64,000 nucleotides of DNA from a virus (Duplodnaviria > Caudoviricetes): IMG/VR virus record IMGVR_UViG_3300029288_000076, positions 32,001-96,000 of that record; one strand, 5' to 3'. This document shows, in pieces, positions 40,844-53,200 of the stretch. Under the pieces are notes generated by a model, which saw only the letters and a program-made list of their open reading frames with translations, did no database searches and was not told where the DNA came from. A program made the position numbers and the translations under genes. Numbering within the stretch: position 1 is the stretch's first letter; each line of letters starts with the position of its first letter.

Positions 40844-41598
40844 GAATAAAAAATGCTTAATGAACTTCTTCAAAATGTTTCTTGGTTTAACCCAGATGAG
40901 ATAGCTTCTATTTCTAAATCAATAGAATTAATATTAGAAATAGATAAGGAAATTATTGATGATATAATCTATTCAGAATTAGAAAATACACTGTAAATTT
41001 TTCTTTTAAAAGCCTTTCAGCTATCTTGAAAGGCTTTTTCTTTTTTTAATTTATCAACCACTTCTTGAAAGAAATCAATCATTAAATCAATATCATCTAC
41101 TTCTACATAAATGCAATCGCCTTCTACTTCATCAGAAACCACTAACCAAAAAATATTTTCCTTATCTTTTACTAAAGATAAATCAGCTAATTGTGTATCA
41201 GATTCATATTTAACAATAACTTCATCACTTTCAATTTCTTCATAGTTACGCCACATAATTAGTCCTCCTAAAACTTTATTGTAGTCATTTCTTTAATAGC
41301 ATCTTTAGGTTTCACTTTTTTCTTCTTTATTTTAGAAATTGCATTTGCACAATGCTCAATCACTTCTGTTCTTAAAGGAAACTCAAGATTATAAAATTTA
41401 TCAAAAATTCTTTCATATCTTTCTTCGCCTATTGTCCTTCTTTTTAATTGACTTAAATAATATAAAGCAATAAAAGTATGGTAACAAAGATATTTAAAGT
41501 AATGTTTCCAAGTAACATATTTGTTCTTCAGCATTGGCTTAATTTGACCATGTTGAGAAGTGTTAAAAAACACTCTAACAAAAACCATTTTCATAGTT

Positions 41599-42147
41599 TT
41601 ACTCCTTTTCAAAATGTAAGAAATCACACGGAAATAAAATATCTGCTTTTTTTGTTTTAAAAGTTATCATATAAACATGATTAGAACTAAAAAGTTTTTT
41701 AATTAGTTTCTCGTCTTCAATTAAATGTAAAGCAACTAGTCTATTTGTTCCATCAACAACAAGATTTAAATGTCTTTTTAAATCATAACAAACTAAAATT
41801 TCTATAGGCTTAGAAAAACTTTCTTTTTCTTTCCAAGAAGATAAGAAGTTATTTACCTTAGTTGGCTTAGAGATAATTTCTTCTTTCAAGTTACTTATAT
41901 AGTTTTTAACAAGCCAGGTATTCTTAGAATTCCACCACTTTTCTTCTTTATTCTTAGGCCAAAGCAAACGATAATTTTGTGTAATTTTTATAAAATCAGA
42001 ATAAGAAAACATTTCTAAAATGCATTCTCCAGTTATATCTAACGAAAGTAAATCATAACCCCTTTCTCTAACCATTAAATCAACAATATTATTAGGACCT
42101 ATAAACGGTAATCTGCTAAGGAATAACTCAGGATTTACTTTTATCAT
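41599..42147 (-). CDS. ParB/Srx-fold-like protein
   Basis: PIEILV...LVVDGTNRLVAL resembles the DGxxR motif. Confidence 0.4.
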   Translation of the reverse strand: MIKVNPELFLSRLPFIGPNNIVDLMVRERGYDLLSLDITGECILEMFSYSDFIKITQNYRLLWPKNKEEKWWNSKNTWLVKNYISNLKEEIISKPTKVNNFLSSWKEKESFSKPIEILVCYDLKRHLNLVVDGTNRLVALHLIEDEKLIKKLFSSNHVYMITFKTKKADILFPCDFLHFEKE

Positions 42148-42370
42148 ACTCTTTCCAACCTATTTTAATAAATGCTTCTATCCATAAAAATTTTAATCCT
42201 ACTCTAATATGACTATACATCCACCGGCTACAAAACACTTCCTTTAATTTATTTTGATAATGTATTTTAATAGTTGGAATAAGAAACCACTCATCTGTAA
42301 TTTCACCTTGCAAAACAATGTAGCTACCTAATCTAAAAAGTTTTATAGCATAATCCATTTTTATATCCTT

Positions 42371-43927
42371 TTAAATATTTCCATAACCCATCCACACTTT
42401 AGGCGGACCTCCTGTCAACCAGCTATATACAGCATATCTGCAAACGTCTGGTGAATGATCATTCAATTTTAATGGGTTACCTTCCTTTGATGGCTTACCG
42501 TCTAACAACTGAGGCCATGCATATAACTTCATTTCTCTGATCATATTAGGAACTTTACTTTTAAAGAAATACATCTTAGACCTACCGTCTCTAACTTCCA
42601 ATAAGCCATTCACTTTATCGATGCCCATGCGTATATCTTTCTTAGCAGTAAGCGTTATTATTCTATTAGGTGGTGCTTCTAGTTCTTTTCTATCCTGAGC
42701 ATCATGATCTGAAAAACAATATTCCCCAAACTTATAACGTGGAGATGCTTTAATATGCATAGCATGGTTAGCTAAAAGATCACCTTGAGTACTATAATAT
42801 TCCCAAAACCAAAACCAATACCCATCTGGACTTATAGCTGCTTTGGCATAGACAAATGGATGACCAGGACTTGAACCAAAATCTATAGCAGATACTATAG
42901 TCCAATCATCTGGTATTTCAAACTCCTTCTCAGGTGGTATCTCATGGATCTGAGGGTTCCAGCAGCTATATACTAATACCTCACCAGATGGAATTTCATT
43001 TAGCCATTCTGAACGCCATACATGATCATCGTGCTCTAGTACTTTTGCTATAAAATCCTGTATCTTATAAAAACCATTACTTTGATGAGCAAGTCCATTA
43101 CATCTAAAAAACGCTGGACAATCTCCGTAATCTTTATCTCCTACACATTCCCTTTCACAGCGCTCTACAGCAGTAAATATATTCCATTGATACACTGCTA
43201 TATTCTTTTCGTCAGCTTCATTGAGAAGCCTATTCATGGGTCCATCTGCGTGTTGCCTTGTAGAAGTAAATATATTTTGACCTAATATTCTACCATCTGC
43301 AGAAGACATGGCCATAGCAACACCAGTCTGTAAAACATTCCAGTCCATTTCATCAATTTCGTCTATGATATTTTTATTAGGGTGACCAGAACGCAGACCT
43401 TTTTTACTTCCAGTAATAACATGATACCAAGATTTATTTTTATGATGAATCTCGTTTTTTGTAGGATCTGAAGAAAGACCTTCGGCTAGAACTTCATTAT
43501 CATTATATATTGATGTAAAGTAGAAATGACCCCGTGTTGCCTGATCACGAGTTGCTCCAGCATGAGTAGTTTCGCAACCTGGTTTAAATTCAAAATTTAA
43601 ATGGTCAAGGATTGAAGAATCAAATGTTTTGCCACCAGATCTATTAGCAAACATAAGACCTGAAGATACTCGCTCAAAGAACAAATCACAAATTGCAGTA
43701 AAAGGTGCTTGATGCTCTGGTAAAGATGGGTGGACTTCTCTAGGGATTTTTATACCAAGAACTAACCAAATATAATCATATAATTCATCATCAGTCTTTG
43801 GAGGATGCTCCAGGAAGTGTCTGGTGAAATCGAGAACGTACCTTTTTTCTGTTTCTGAAAGCTTTCGGCGATTGTTTTCATATTCAGCGCGAAGTTTCTT
43901 ATTGAGTTCTAGTTGATGTTGGTCCAT
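42371..43927 (-). CDS. terL: Terminase large subunit
   Basis: ANRSGGKT Walker A, IIDEIDE Walker B, AIDFG and NDHSPDVCRY nuclease motifs. Confidence 0.9.
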   Translation of the reverse strand: MDQHQLELNKKLRAEYENNRRKLSETEKRYVLDFTRHFLEHPPKTDDELYDYIWLVLGIKIPREVHPSLPEHQAPFTAICDLFFERVSSGLMFANRSGGKTFDSSILDHLNFEFKPGCETTHAGATRDQATRGHFYFTSIYNDNEVLAEGLSSDPTKNEIHHKNKSWYHVITGSKKGLRSGHPNKNIIDEIDEMDWNVLQTGVAMAMSSADGRILGQNIFTSTRQHADGPMNRLLNEADEKNIAVYQWNIFTAVERCERECVGDKDYGDCPAFFRCNGLAHQSNGFYKIQDFIAKVLEHDDHVWRSEWLNEIPSGEVLVYSCWNPQIHEIPPEKEFEIPDDWTIVSAIDFGSSPGHPFVYAKAAISPDGYWFWFWEYYSTQGDLLANHAMHIKASPRYKFGEYCFSDHDAQDRKELEAPPNRIITLTAKKDIRMGIDKVNGLLEVRDGRSKMYFFKSKVPNMIREMKLYAWPQLLDGKPSKEGNPLKLNDHSPDVCRYAVYSWLTGGPPKVWMGYGNI

Positions 43928-45047
43928 AAATTAGAGACTATATTCAACCTCCTCAATTCTAACTCCAACAAAATCATATTCTCTATTAATATCGTTAGAA
44001 TAAGTAGCTATTTTTGTCCATTCTTGTATTTTACGACAAATATGCATATACGCATCATTTTTGTATTTGAAAGAAGCTACAATTTCTTCTTTAATTTCAA
44101 TTTCTGGAGAAAACCAATTCACAATTACATTGTACTTCACTTTTGTTTCCTTTTATATTTTCTTATAATCTTTTTCTTTACAAAAAATAGGTCCACAACA
44201 TCCTATTTCAGGTATAGAAAACTTTTTCTTTTTTGCTAAAGAAGAAACAAATAAATTTAATCCAGTATCTGATTCTATTCCGGTCCCATTACAAAATGGG
44301 CATCTAATATTTATTCCATCTTTATTTATCTGTATTTTTGCTCCACCACAACCAGGACAAGGCGGTCTATAACCCCATATTGATGAATTAGTCATTTCCA
44401 AACCTCTAGTACCTTAAAAATAATTTCTAAAACTTTCTTATGATCTTCAACCCACTGTTTACCTTCAGCTTTTTCTAATTTAGAAAAGTAATCTTCTATA
44501 TCATGTTTGTAAATAGGTTTTGATTGGATACTTAAATTAGCAACTACCTTCTGTTTTTCATAATCATTTTCTTTCTTTTTAAAATAATCAAATACTTTCA
44601 TCATCAATCTCCTCAAATATTGGACATTCAAAAACAGGAGTCGTTAAATTATTTTTAACACAGTTTTTAAAAGTATCTTCTGCAATAGCACAATTTGTAA
44701 CTTCTCCAGGAATAAACGCTGCACATCTGAAACACAAACACATATCTCTATGCTTGCCTTTAAGATCTTCGTCTACAAAAACATCAACACCATGGTAATT
44801 ATACATAACTATTTTACCCATTTAAATCTCCTTAAAAATATTCTAAATACTTCAGCAGGATAAATTGAAAGCGTGAAATAGATACATAAGAAGCCTATAA
44901 ATAGTAACCATTCTCCATAGTCTACTTCAATAGCAAGGCTTGGAATAAAATTCCAGCACTTAAGATCATATCCTATTGAAACCCAACCATGACTATCATC
45001 TATGTCTTTAAAAAAGTCTATTTCTCTAGAATATTGAGAATAAAATA

Positions 45048-45500
45048 TCATTTCTGTTCAGCCTCCTGCTCTACGGCTTTCTTATTAAATAAGTCGGCCT
45101 CTTCTTTTCTTCTCCTAACAAGACCTGTAAGTTTTTGACCTTTAGCGTCTTTAACATAGAGTTTCATTCTCAGACTAACTTTTTTGTAGTCACCTATATT
45201 TAAATCTTCTAAAATATTTTTAAGGCTTCCAGCTCCGCAATTGAATGTGAAGCTAACAAGTGCATCAAACTGATTTTGGTTAATAGATACCTTAACTCCG
45301 CTATTAACAGCCCTCTCAGCCCATGCTACATCAATCAAAAGAAAGTTTTCTGCTTGCTGTTCATCAATAGAATCAGTTGGCTGAACATTATCAGTATGAC
45401 CATAACCAATGGTCCAAATGCCTCCAGTATCTTGATAAGCATCTAATCTTAATCCTTCAAATGACTTGATAAGAGCAAGACCTACTTTTGAAAGTCTCAT
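45048..45500 (-). CDS. GH24 lysozyme (endolysin)
   Basis: FEGLRLDAYQD..G.WTIGYGHT, QNQFDALVSFTFN, GLVRRR. Confidence 0.95.
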   Translation of the reverse strand: MRLSKVGLALIKSFEGLRLDAYQDTGGIWTIGYGHTDNVQPTDSIDEQQAENFLLIDVAWAERAVNSGVKVSINQNQFDALVSFTFNCGAGSLKNILEDLNIGDYKKVSLRMKLYVKDAKGQKLTGLVRRRKEEADLFNKKAVEQEAEQK

Positions 45501-46072
45501 AATTATTTTTCCTTTTTAGTCTTAATAGAATAGCAAAAACCACAGCTTCTATGCTCTGGGTAAGAGTAGACACGTCCACAATGTTTGCACATTGATTGGT
45601 CTTTAAATGAATCAAGAGTATCCCAATTCGGTGAAGGTCGTTTACCCTTTTTATCTGTCCTTCCTCCTTTTACCGATATCATTCTTTTTCTTCTCCTTTG
45701 CAACAAATAACTTCAGAAGTATCAAAAGCTTCCTGCAAGAGTGTATAGTCATTGCTAAAGAAATAAAGAAAATTATTTTCTAAAATAGAAATAACTTTGT
45801 CTTTTTCTATTCCTAAATTAATTAGTGTAGACCAAGAATCAAAAAGTTTATCAGTAAGAAAATTATCATCTTCAAGTATGTGCTGAAACCAGTGAACAAT
45901 AAAATCTAAAGATTTTTCTTTAGGAATACAAAGATCCATTAAAGCTATAAAAACACTTTCAAATCTCTTTTCTACGGTTAGCTCTTTCAATTTAATCATT
46001 CTAAACACCTCGTTTTAATTTTAAATAGGAATGTCTCTGTTTGAAAATTCTATTCTTTTCATTTTTTCTCCT

Positions 46073-46294
46073 TTAAAGCAAATATCTGATTATACCTAGA
46101 GCATTAGTCACGGTAAAAACAAAGTTAATAGTAAATAATGACCAGTCTTTACGCACAAAAGCAATACAAGCCCATGTTGTGGAACTAACCCAAAATAAAA
46201 CAAATCCCCATCCACTAAATTGTAAATTTAGAGCTAAAACTAAAGCACCAAGCATACCAGCAATTGTACCAAACCAACCTAAATTTTTTATCAT
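46073..46294 (-). CDS. Small three-TM membrane protein (PnuC-repeat-like)
   Basis: Three hydrophobic helices; W.G....GA. Confidence 0.45.
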   Translation of the reverse strand: MIKNLGWFGTIAGMLGALVLALNLQFSGWGFVLFWVSSTTWACIAFVRKDWSLFTINFVFTVTNALGIIRYLL

Positions 46295-49200
46295 ATACTT
46301 CTTTTACAGTCCTGAATATTTTTTCATATTACTTCTCCTTTTTCTTCTCAATCATTTTCTTAACACTTTTCTTCACAGTTGCTTTCTTACCAGTTTTAGG
46401 TTCAATAATTTGAATATCTCCTTCCTTCCACACAAACCTGTCAAGGTTCTTGTCTTTTGCTTTTACCATTTTACATTTCCTCCTTGTTAAACTCTGATAT
46501 AATAACTATCAGTTTTTAGTGCTTCAATCTCAATGAAATTATCCATAATCTCAACAAAAGCTCTGTAAAATGCTTGATCGCTAGAATTAGGAACTTTTTC
46601 AACTTTAGATTTAAATTCTTTGAGATTCTCTCTTAGCATGAATAGCTTAGCATCCATTTACTTTCCTCCTTAAAGTTCTTTTAGATTTAAAAGACTTTTC
46701 TTATTAGTTCTATTATGAAAAGCTTCATCTTTTTCTCTTTGCTTTTCTTCATCCTCTTTATCTAATTCTCTAACCCAATCTTCATTTGCCATCCATTTCC
46801 TATATTCTTCTGGGTCAACATCTAAAAGTTTTTTAATATAATTTTTAAACTTTTCTTCGTCTAAAATATTAGCGCATTTAGTCCCTAACCATTCATTAAA
46901 ATTTTCTCCTGTAGATGTCTTAATTTCATATTGTTGAACACTTGGAATACACATACAAGTTTTTATAGAAGGTGGTGGGCATACTCCGTGCCAAACACCA
47001 GGACTATAAATTGGCGCTCCACAATGTGGGCAAGACCCCACAATTTGATCATACATGTTTTCTATCACTCCTATTCCAAATTTTAATCATGTCTGAAATA
47101 ATATAGACCCTATTTTTGAAAAAATACTTTTTGGGATATTTAGAACTTTAACCAAAAAAGTTAAAAACAATAAGTAGAATATTTCATAATCTATTTTTTT
47201 ATTCTCATTTTACTTTTTCTCATCAACTGATTTTGCCCAAACACTTCTTAACTGATCTTCAAGATAGTTAATAGTGTCTATTACGTCTTGCGGATGACAG
47301 CTAATCCATTCTCCTCTAAAAACTTCATTTTTAAATTTCGAATACTCTAAAGGAGCCATTCTTTTGTTTAAATCAAGAAATACCACTTACTTCTCCTTAA
47401 ATATTTCTTTTATACTTGTCAAGTTAGTATCAATATGACACGAGATTAATAGAACCATTGGTAAGAGCAATGTCTAATTTAGCTTGTTCGTTTTCCCTTT
47501 TAGCAAAGTCTTCAGCAAACTGCTTTTGAAATATTGACCAAAGCTCTTTTGTAATCTCATAAGTAAAATATCTATCACCTATAAAGTCTTTACAATACTC
47601 GTATGGTTCATTCCACACAGAGCCACTTGTTTCAGTTACTTTTGATTTAGTAACCCAACCTCTATTTTCACAATGGTCACAAATATAGTTTAATGAAACA
47701 GTAAACATTATTTATCCTTTTTATTAATCTTACTAACATAATATACTTCTCTTAGAAAAACAAAAATAAAAAAAGCAAAAACTCCTGCAATAAGCCCTAA
47801 CGCAAAATAATCAGTATTGAAATTCATTGTTTTTAATATTCCTCCTTGTCCCAATTATTAAAGTAAATTGAATCAGCAGTTGAGCCATTATACTCTTTAA
47901 TAGTTATATCTTTTACATCTTCTGCCTTTACAACAAGCAATCTTTCAGTATTTGGGTTTGCAATAGTAAAAAAATTTAATCCACAAACCCTTTTTGCTTC
48001 TTCAAAAGCTTTATCAAAATCATCTGCTTCAACTTCAACAGAAGCCCATGCTGTTATTTTCATGACGTTGAATTTCATATCTTTATACTATAGGCATTAA
48101 AAAACAACCATTCAAACTTAAATCTATAAGGTTCTTTAAAAGTAACTTTTGGGAACCAACAAAAAGGAAATATATGAAAATACTCCCAATGATAAATAGT
48201 AAAATCAAAAGTTTTAAAATGAAAATATCTAAAATAACAACGATATTTAGCAGTAACCAAGTTTTTCATATTCTAATAATCTCCAAATGGATTATCCTCT
48301 AAATCTCTTTTAATATCTTCAAGCACTCCTATTTGTCTTTCTGTTGGCTCTTTTCCATCTTCAATCCATTTATAGATACTTCTAGCAAAATCAAATTGAC
48401 TATCTTTACATGCAGGTGCAGATTGTATAAAATCAATAAGATCTAAAATGTAATTAATATCTTTCATTCTTCATCCAAGCAATTTTCTTCTACAATAACA
48501 AAATCTTCTTCTTTGATTTTATTTTTACAATTAGCAATCGAGTTAGGAAATTTTAATATTTTAATAGGATAAGAATATTTTTTTTCAAGGATTCCTCTTT
48601 GACAATAGAATTCGTTTTCTTCTATTAAGCTCTTAGCAAGAGCAAAACACCCTATACAATTATGATTCATTTTCTTCCTCAATACAATTAATAATTTGTT
48701 CCTGTAATAATTCAAAATCGTCATTAGATAATTCAATTCCATTATCTTGTAATTCTTTAAATGTTCTATTACTAATGTAATCTAAAGCACCAAAAGACCA
48801 TGGAGAAACCATTTTGTCATCCCATCTAAAGTAAGCAGTTAGAACATTATTAATGACGTTTTGATAAGTATGCTTTATTTCTACCGGAAGTAATTTTAAT
48901 GCTTCAAATTCATTTGGTGAAAATTCTAAGTGATTGTAAAAATCTCTATTTAACTTCCCACTTATATTAACTGCATCTGGATAAAATTCAACTTCAATTG
49001 GCTGTAAGTTTTCTGGTAAAGTTTTGTCATATATTCTATATCTACCAAAACAGTTAGTAGGTTGAAAAAGCATTTGAACTATTCTAAAAAACCTTGTTTC
49101 AATAACTTTATTAGAATCAATTTCTTGACAAGGGCCAAATTCATTTTTATCAGTAAAATCTATTCCTGGAATATTTTTACTCATTGTATTATCTCCACTA

Positions 49201-49669
49201 AAGTGACTTGTAAAACGACCACAATTATTACAAAACATTATTCTCATTTCTAAATAAAATTCTTCATTCCCGTAAAAATAATTACTTTCAGCTTTACAAA
49301 CTTCACAGATATAATTCACTTTTTTATTTCTTTCCAATTAAAATTCTTTCTTGACATTCCATGAACATAAGCCAAAGAAGACATAGTAGAAATATCTTTA
49401 TCCCATTGTTCTACGTCTTTCTCATCTTCTAAAACTAAAATTTTATCATCAAATTCAAGAATCACTTTTATAAGCTTACTCATCATTTTTTCTCCTCTTC
49501 GCAATGACAATATAGCTCACTAGCATCTTCTTTCTTAATTTGTTTATTACACCTTGAACAGACTTCTAACTTATTTCTACTAATGATCTCTTCAGTTGTT
49601 TGTTTAAGTAAGTCCATTACACCTTGAGGGATTTTGTCAGTAGTTATTCTGATTGTTTTGAAATCATCT

Positions 49670-50263
49670 TCACTCATGTTCTATTTTCTCCTTATTGTAT
49701 CTTCGATCAACTATTATTGGAGTTTCTCCTTTTAAATCATGCTCTTTATCGATATGCCAACTTACTTCCACTTGATCATTAGAAGAAAAATCACAATAAT
49801 AACATTTATAATCTTTTAACCCATCTTTTTTAATTTTTGATAGTAAATCTTCCTCAGTAGATACAATAGTTTTTTCTTTAAATACAATAATATCATCATA
49901 AGGATCTAAATGGTGTTCTTGACTTATATGTAAAATCATATCATCTTCAACAAGACAATAGAAATCGCAATAAGAACACCAATAGTGACTTGATCGTATA
50001 TAATCATCTTTCATTCTTAGCTCAGGAGTAATTTCCTTCTTATTTTCTTCTTGAATATCCCAAAATTCTAATAGTCTTTCAATAAAAAACTTTGCTTTTA
50101 AAAGATCTTCTCTACCATTTTTAAAAAGAAATCTTGTTATATATTTAATTATAACTCCAATATGATAAGAATATTTGCCCCAGAAAGGAGCCCAAGCATT
50201 TATATAATCATTTGGTTCAAAACCAGCTTTAGCATACCATGAGTCATCTGTATATTTAATCAA
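49670..50263 (-). CDS. DUF3310-like domain fused to two C2H2 zinc fingers
   Basis: EPNDYI...GVIIKYITR...KNGREDLLKA; two CxxC-12-H-4-H units. Confidence 0.7.
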   Translation of the reverse strand: MIKYTDDSWYAKAGFEPNDYINAWAPFWGKYSYHIGVIIKYITRFLFKNGREDLLKAKFFIERLLEFWDIQEENKKEITPELRMKDDYIRSSHYWCSYCDFYCLVEDDMILHISQEHHLDPYDDIIVFKEKTIVSTEEDLLSKIKKDGLKDYKCYYCDFSSNDQVEVSWHIDKEHDLKGETPIIVDRRYNKEKIEHE

Positions 50264-53200
50264 TACTAATACCTTTTATTTTACATAGAGCTTTTAAACA
50301 AGCCATCTTGGGATCATCTTCTCTAAATTCTATCCTCTTTTTATTACCATTATCGTGAAAATCATCGTCACTGTAATAGCTGATACCATATGGAGCATCG
50401 GCATAAAAAGAAATGAACATCCCCATCGCGGGTTTTTCTTCCTTTAGCTTTCGCACCAGCCATTCTAAGTCGGGGAGGAGGATACAATCTCCTGAGATTT
50501 GCCACCACGAAACCTCATCTACCGTGCGGTTCGATATATCGTCGTTGTCAAGTTCTGAAATCTTTTCTCCAACAATTAATTGAATTATGTTCTTAGATTT
50601 AACGTAAACCAGCATCCTCACCCTCGGCTCGAGCATCTCCTGTATCTCCAGCTTACTGGCAAGGGTGATAAACTCATCGGTTAATTTACTCATAGTTAAT
50701 CAATGAAGGTGTTATTAGCTATCCCTCCCGTCCTTGGTCCCGTCTTTATAACCGTCATTATATGACTGGCCTCTCCCCTCACGTAATCCTTGTGCGTAAC
50801 CCAACTTAAAATTCAATTCAACTCTCTCCTGCCAGTGTCGCGCCGTCTCGATAAGATCGAAAGTGTCTTTATACTGTAACTGTATCTTGCTTTTAGCTTC
50901 TTGTTCGATCTCCTTGATCTGGTCACTCGTCAATATCATACTATTCTCCTTCCTATCACTTCACCAAATTTTCTCACACCCTCAACAACATAAGTTTTCC
51001 CGCGCCAGACCACGGCATCGCCAAGATTGGGAGTCACAGCCATTGTTTCTCCTAGAAAGAAATATAACGATATTTCAATGTTCCTGTCGTCAATGTCGGC
51101 AACCCAAGGTTTGCCATTCCATGTAATCTGCGCATCTGTGTATTTCTTCTCTATCAATTCTCAAATCTCACCAGATATAGTTTTGGTTGCATTTCTGGCC
51201 ATTCTACTTTTATAACATGAGTATATAAACTATTTTCTTGAATAAATCTTAACTTCCAAACTTGCCAAACAGGACTCTCATTATTTATTCTGAGTATAAC
51301 GTCTTCTGGATTTTCTTCTCCAATAGGCATATACTGAACATCATAAGCAACTATTTTACCATTTTCTTCAATATGCTCTACAAAAGAAAGAATTTGCTCA
51401 AGTCTGATAATTTGTTTTCTTTTCATTCCTAATGGCATATTAATTTACCTGTATATTATAATAGACAATTCAAACCATAGCCATTCTAAAGCTATAGTAA
51501 CATTAGTTTTAGTAAACTTAGGTAGCCAATAAAAATAATCAAACCAAATATCAAATTGAAAAGTTATTCTATTCATCATTTATCTCATGATCTATATCTT
51601 CTTTTATTTTATTCAAATCATCTAAATCAAAATTCTTTTCTTCAGCTATATTTACCCAACTTATTGGTCTTCCATCTTGACAAGCAGGACAAATATTGGG
51701 CGGTAATTCATCTTTTCTAAGAATCTTGATATAATCACAAATATAACAATGATATTGTCTAATAACCTCTACTTTGCCCATTATCTTTTCCTATCAGTAT
51801 TTTTAATACATTGTTCTATATGATCATCAATTACTTTTCTTGTAACAGATTCCAAACCACAATACGTACAAGCAAATTTGTTGATTACTATTGGCTTATC
51901 TTCATTTATATCCCAAAACATCTCTTTAATTTGATCTATAAACTTTGTTAACTGTTTTTTAGTAAGATCCCCTTTTCTTTGTACTTCAATTTCACCATTT
52001 TCATAAAAGAAAGCACTACAAATTTTATCTTGAGAATCAGATTCTTTCATATTTGTTTTCATACAAGAAATTATTCTTCTTCATCACCACAGCAGCTATC
52101 AATATAGTCTTCAAATAAAGCATCGTATAGCGTTTCAATTGTAGTATAAGGACTATTTATTGTTCCATCTTTAATAACGCTAACTATCAAATTAAAACCT
52201 TCTGCTAAAGTCTTAAATTCTTTTGGAGTTAAAGATCTTTTCTTTTTACAAAACCACATATTGTTTCTCCTTTAAAAACATAAAATTAAAATTGTTCCCC
52301 AAAATACAAGCCCAAAACAAAAGCCTATAAAAAGAGCTGCCCAACAGCAAATATCTTTTGATCCTTCTATAAAAGCTTCATAAAGCATTTATAATATATT
52401 ATATTTTAAAAACATGATTATATAAAATCATAACACCGTATTCATAATTTTTCTAACTTTAACCTTGCTTAAATCATGCCATATAAGATTGGTAGCAATA
52501 TAATTTTGCCAGCAAAAAGAACATTTAAATACGTGAACATCTACAAGACACAATAAAGGACACCCATTATTTAAAGTATCACAATTTGGACAAGGAACCT
52601 TCATTTCTTTAGCTCTACAACTCTTTTTATTATCCCATCTACGGTCAAATCTTTAAATCTTGAATCAGAAACATTTTCTAATTTTTTAACTAAAGTTATA
52701 AGTAAACAGATATTTGACCAATTATCTACTGCCTGACAAATAATCTCTTTAAGCATTTCATTTTCTTTGTTTCCTTCTCTACTCATCTTCTAAACATTCT
52801 CCCCAACAAGAAGAGCAGTAAGAACAAAAAATACCATTAGAAGCAAGATGAAATAAAAGACCACCGCATTTGGAGCAAGAATAAGTTAAAACAATTTTTA
52901 AAGTTTCACCATTTTTTGCTACAAAATTTTTATTAAAATCTATAATCTTTTTATCTTCCATTTATGCTCCTTTAATGTTAAATATTAGAATAGTTATTCT
53001 ACAGCCTAGCAAATAACTTCTTTTAATATCTCATTTTCTTTCTCTATACATAATCAATTTTAATCCTTGTAGACCCACAAGAAGAACAGCTTATCGTTTC
53101 ATCATCAGTTATATGAATAAATTTACTGCCACATTCTGCGCACCAAGCTTTAGCACACTTTTTCTTTTCTATCTCTCTAACTTTACTTTCAAAATCAATA

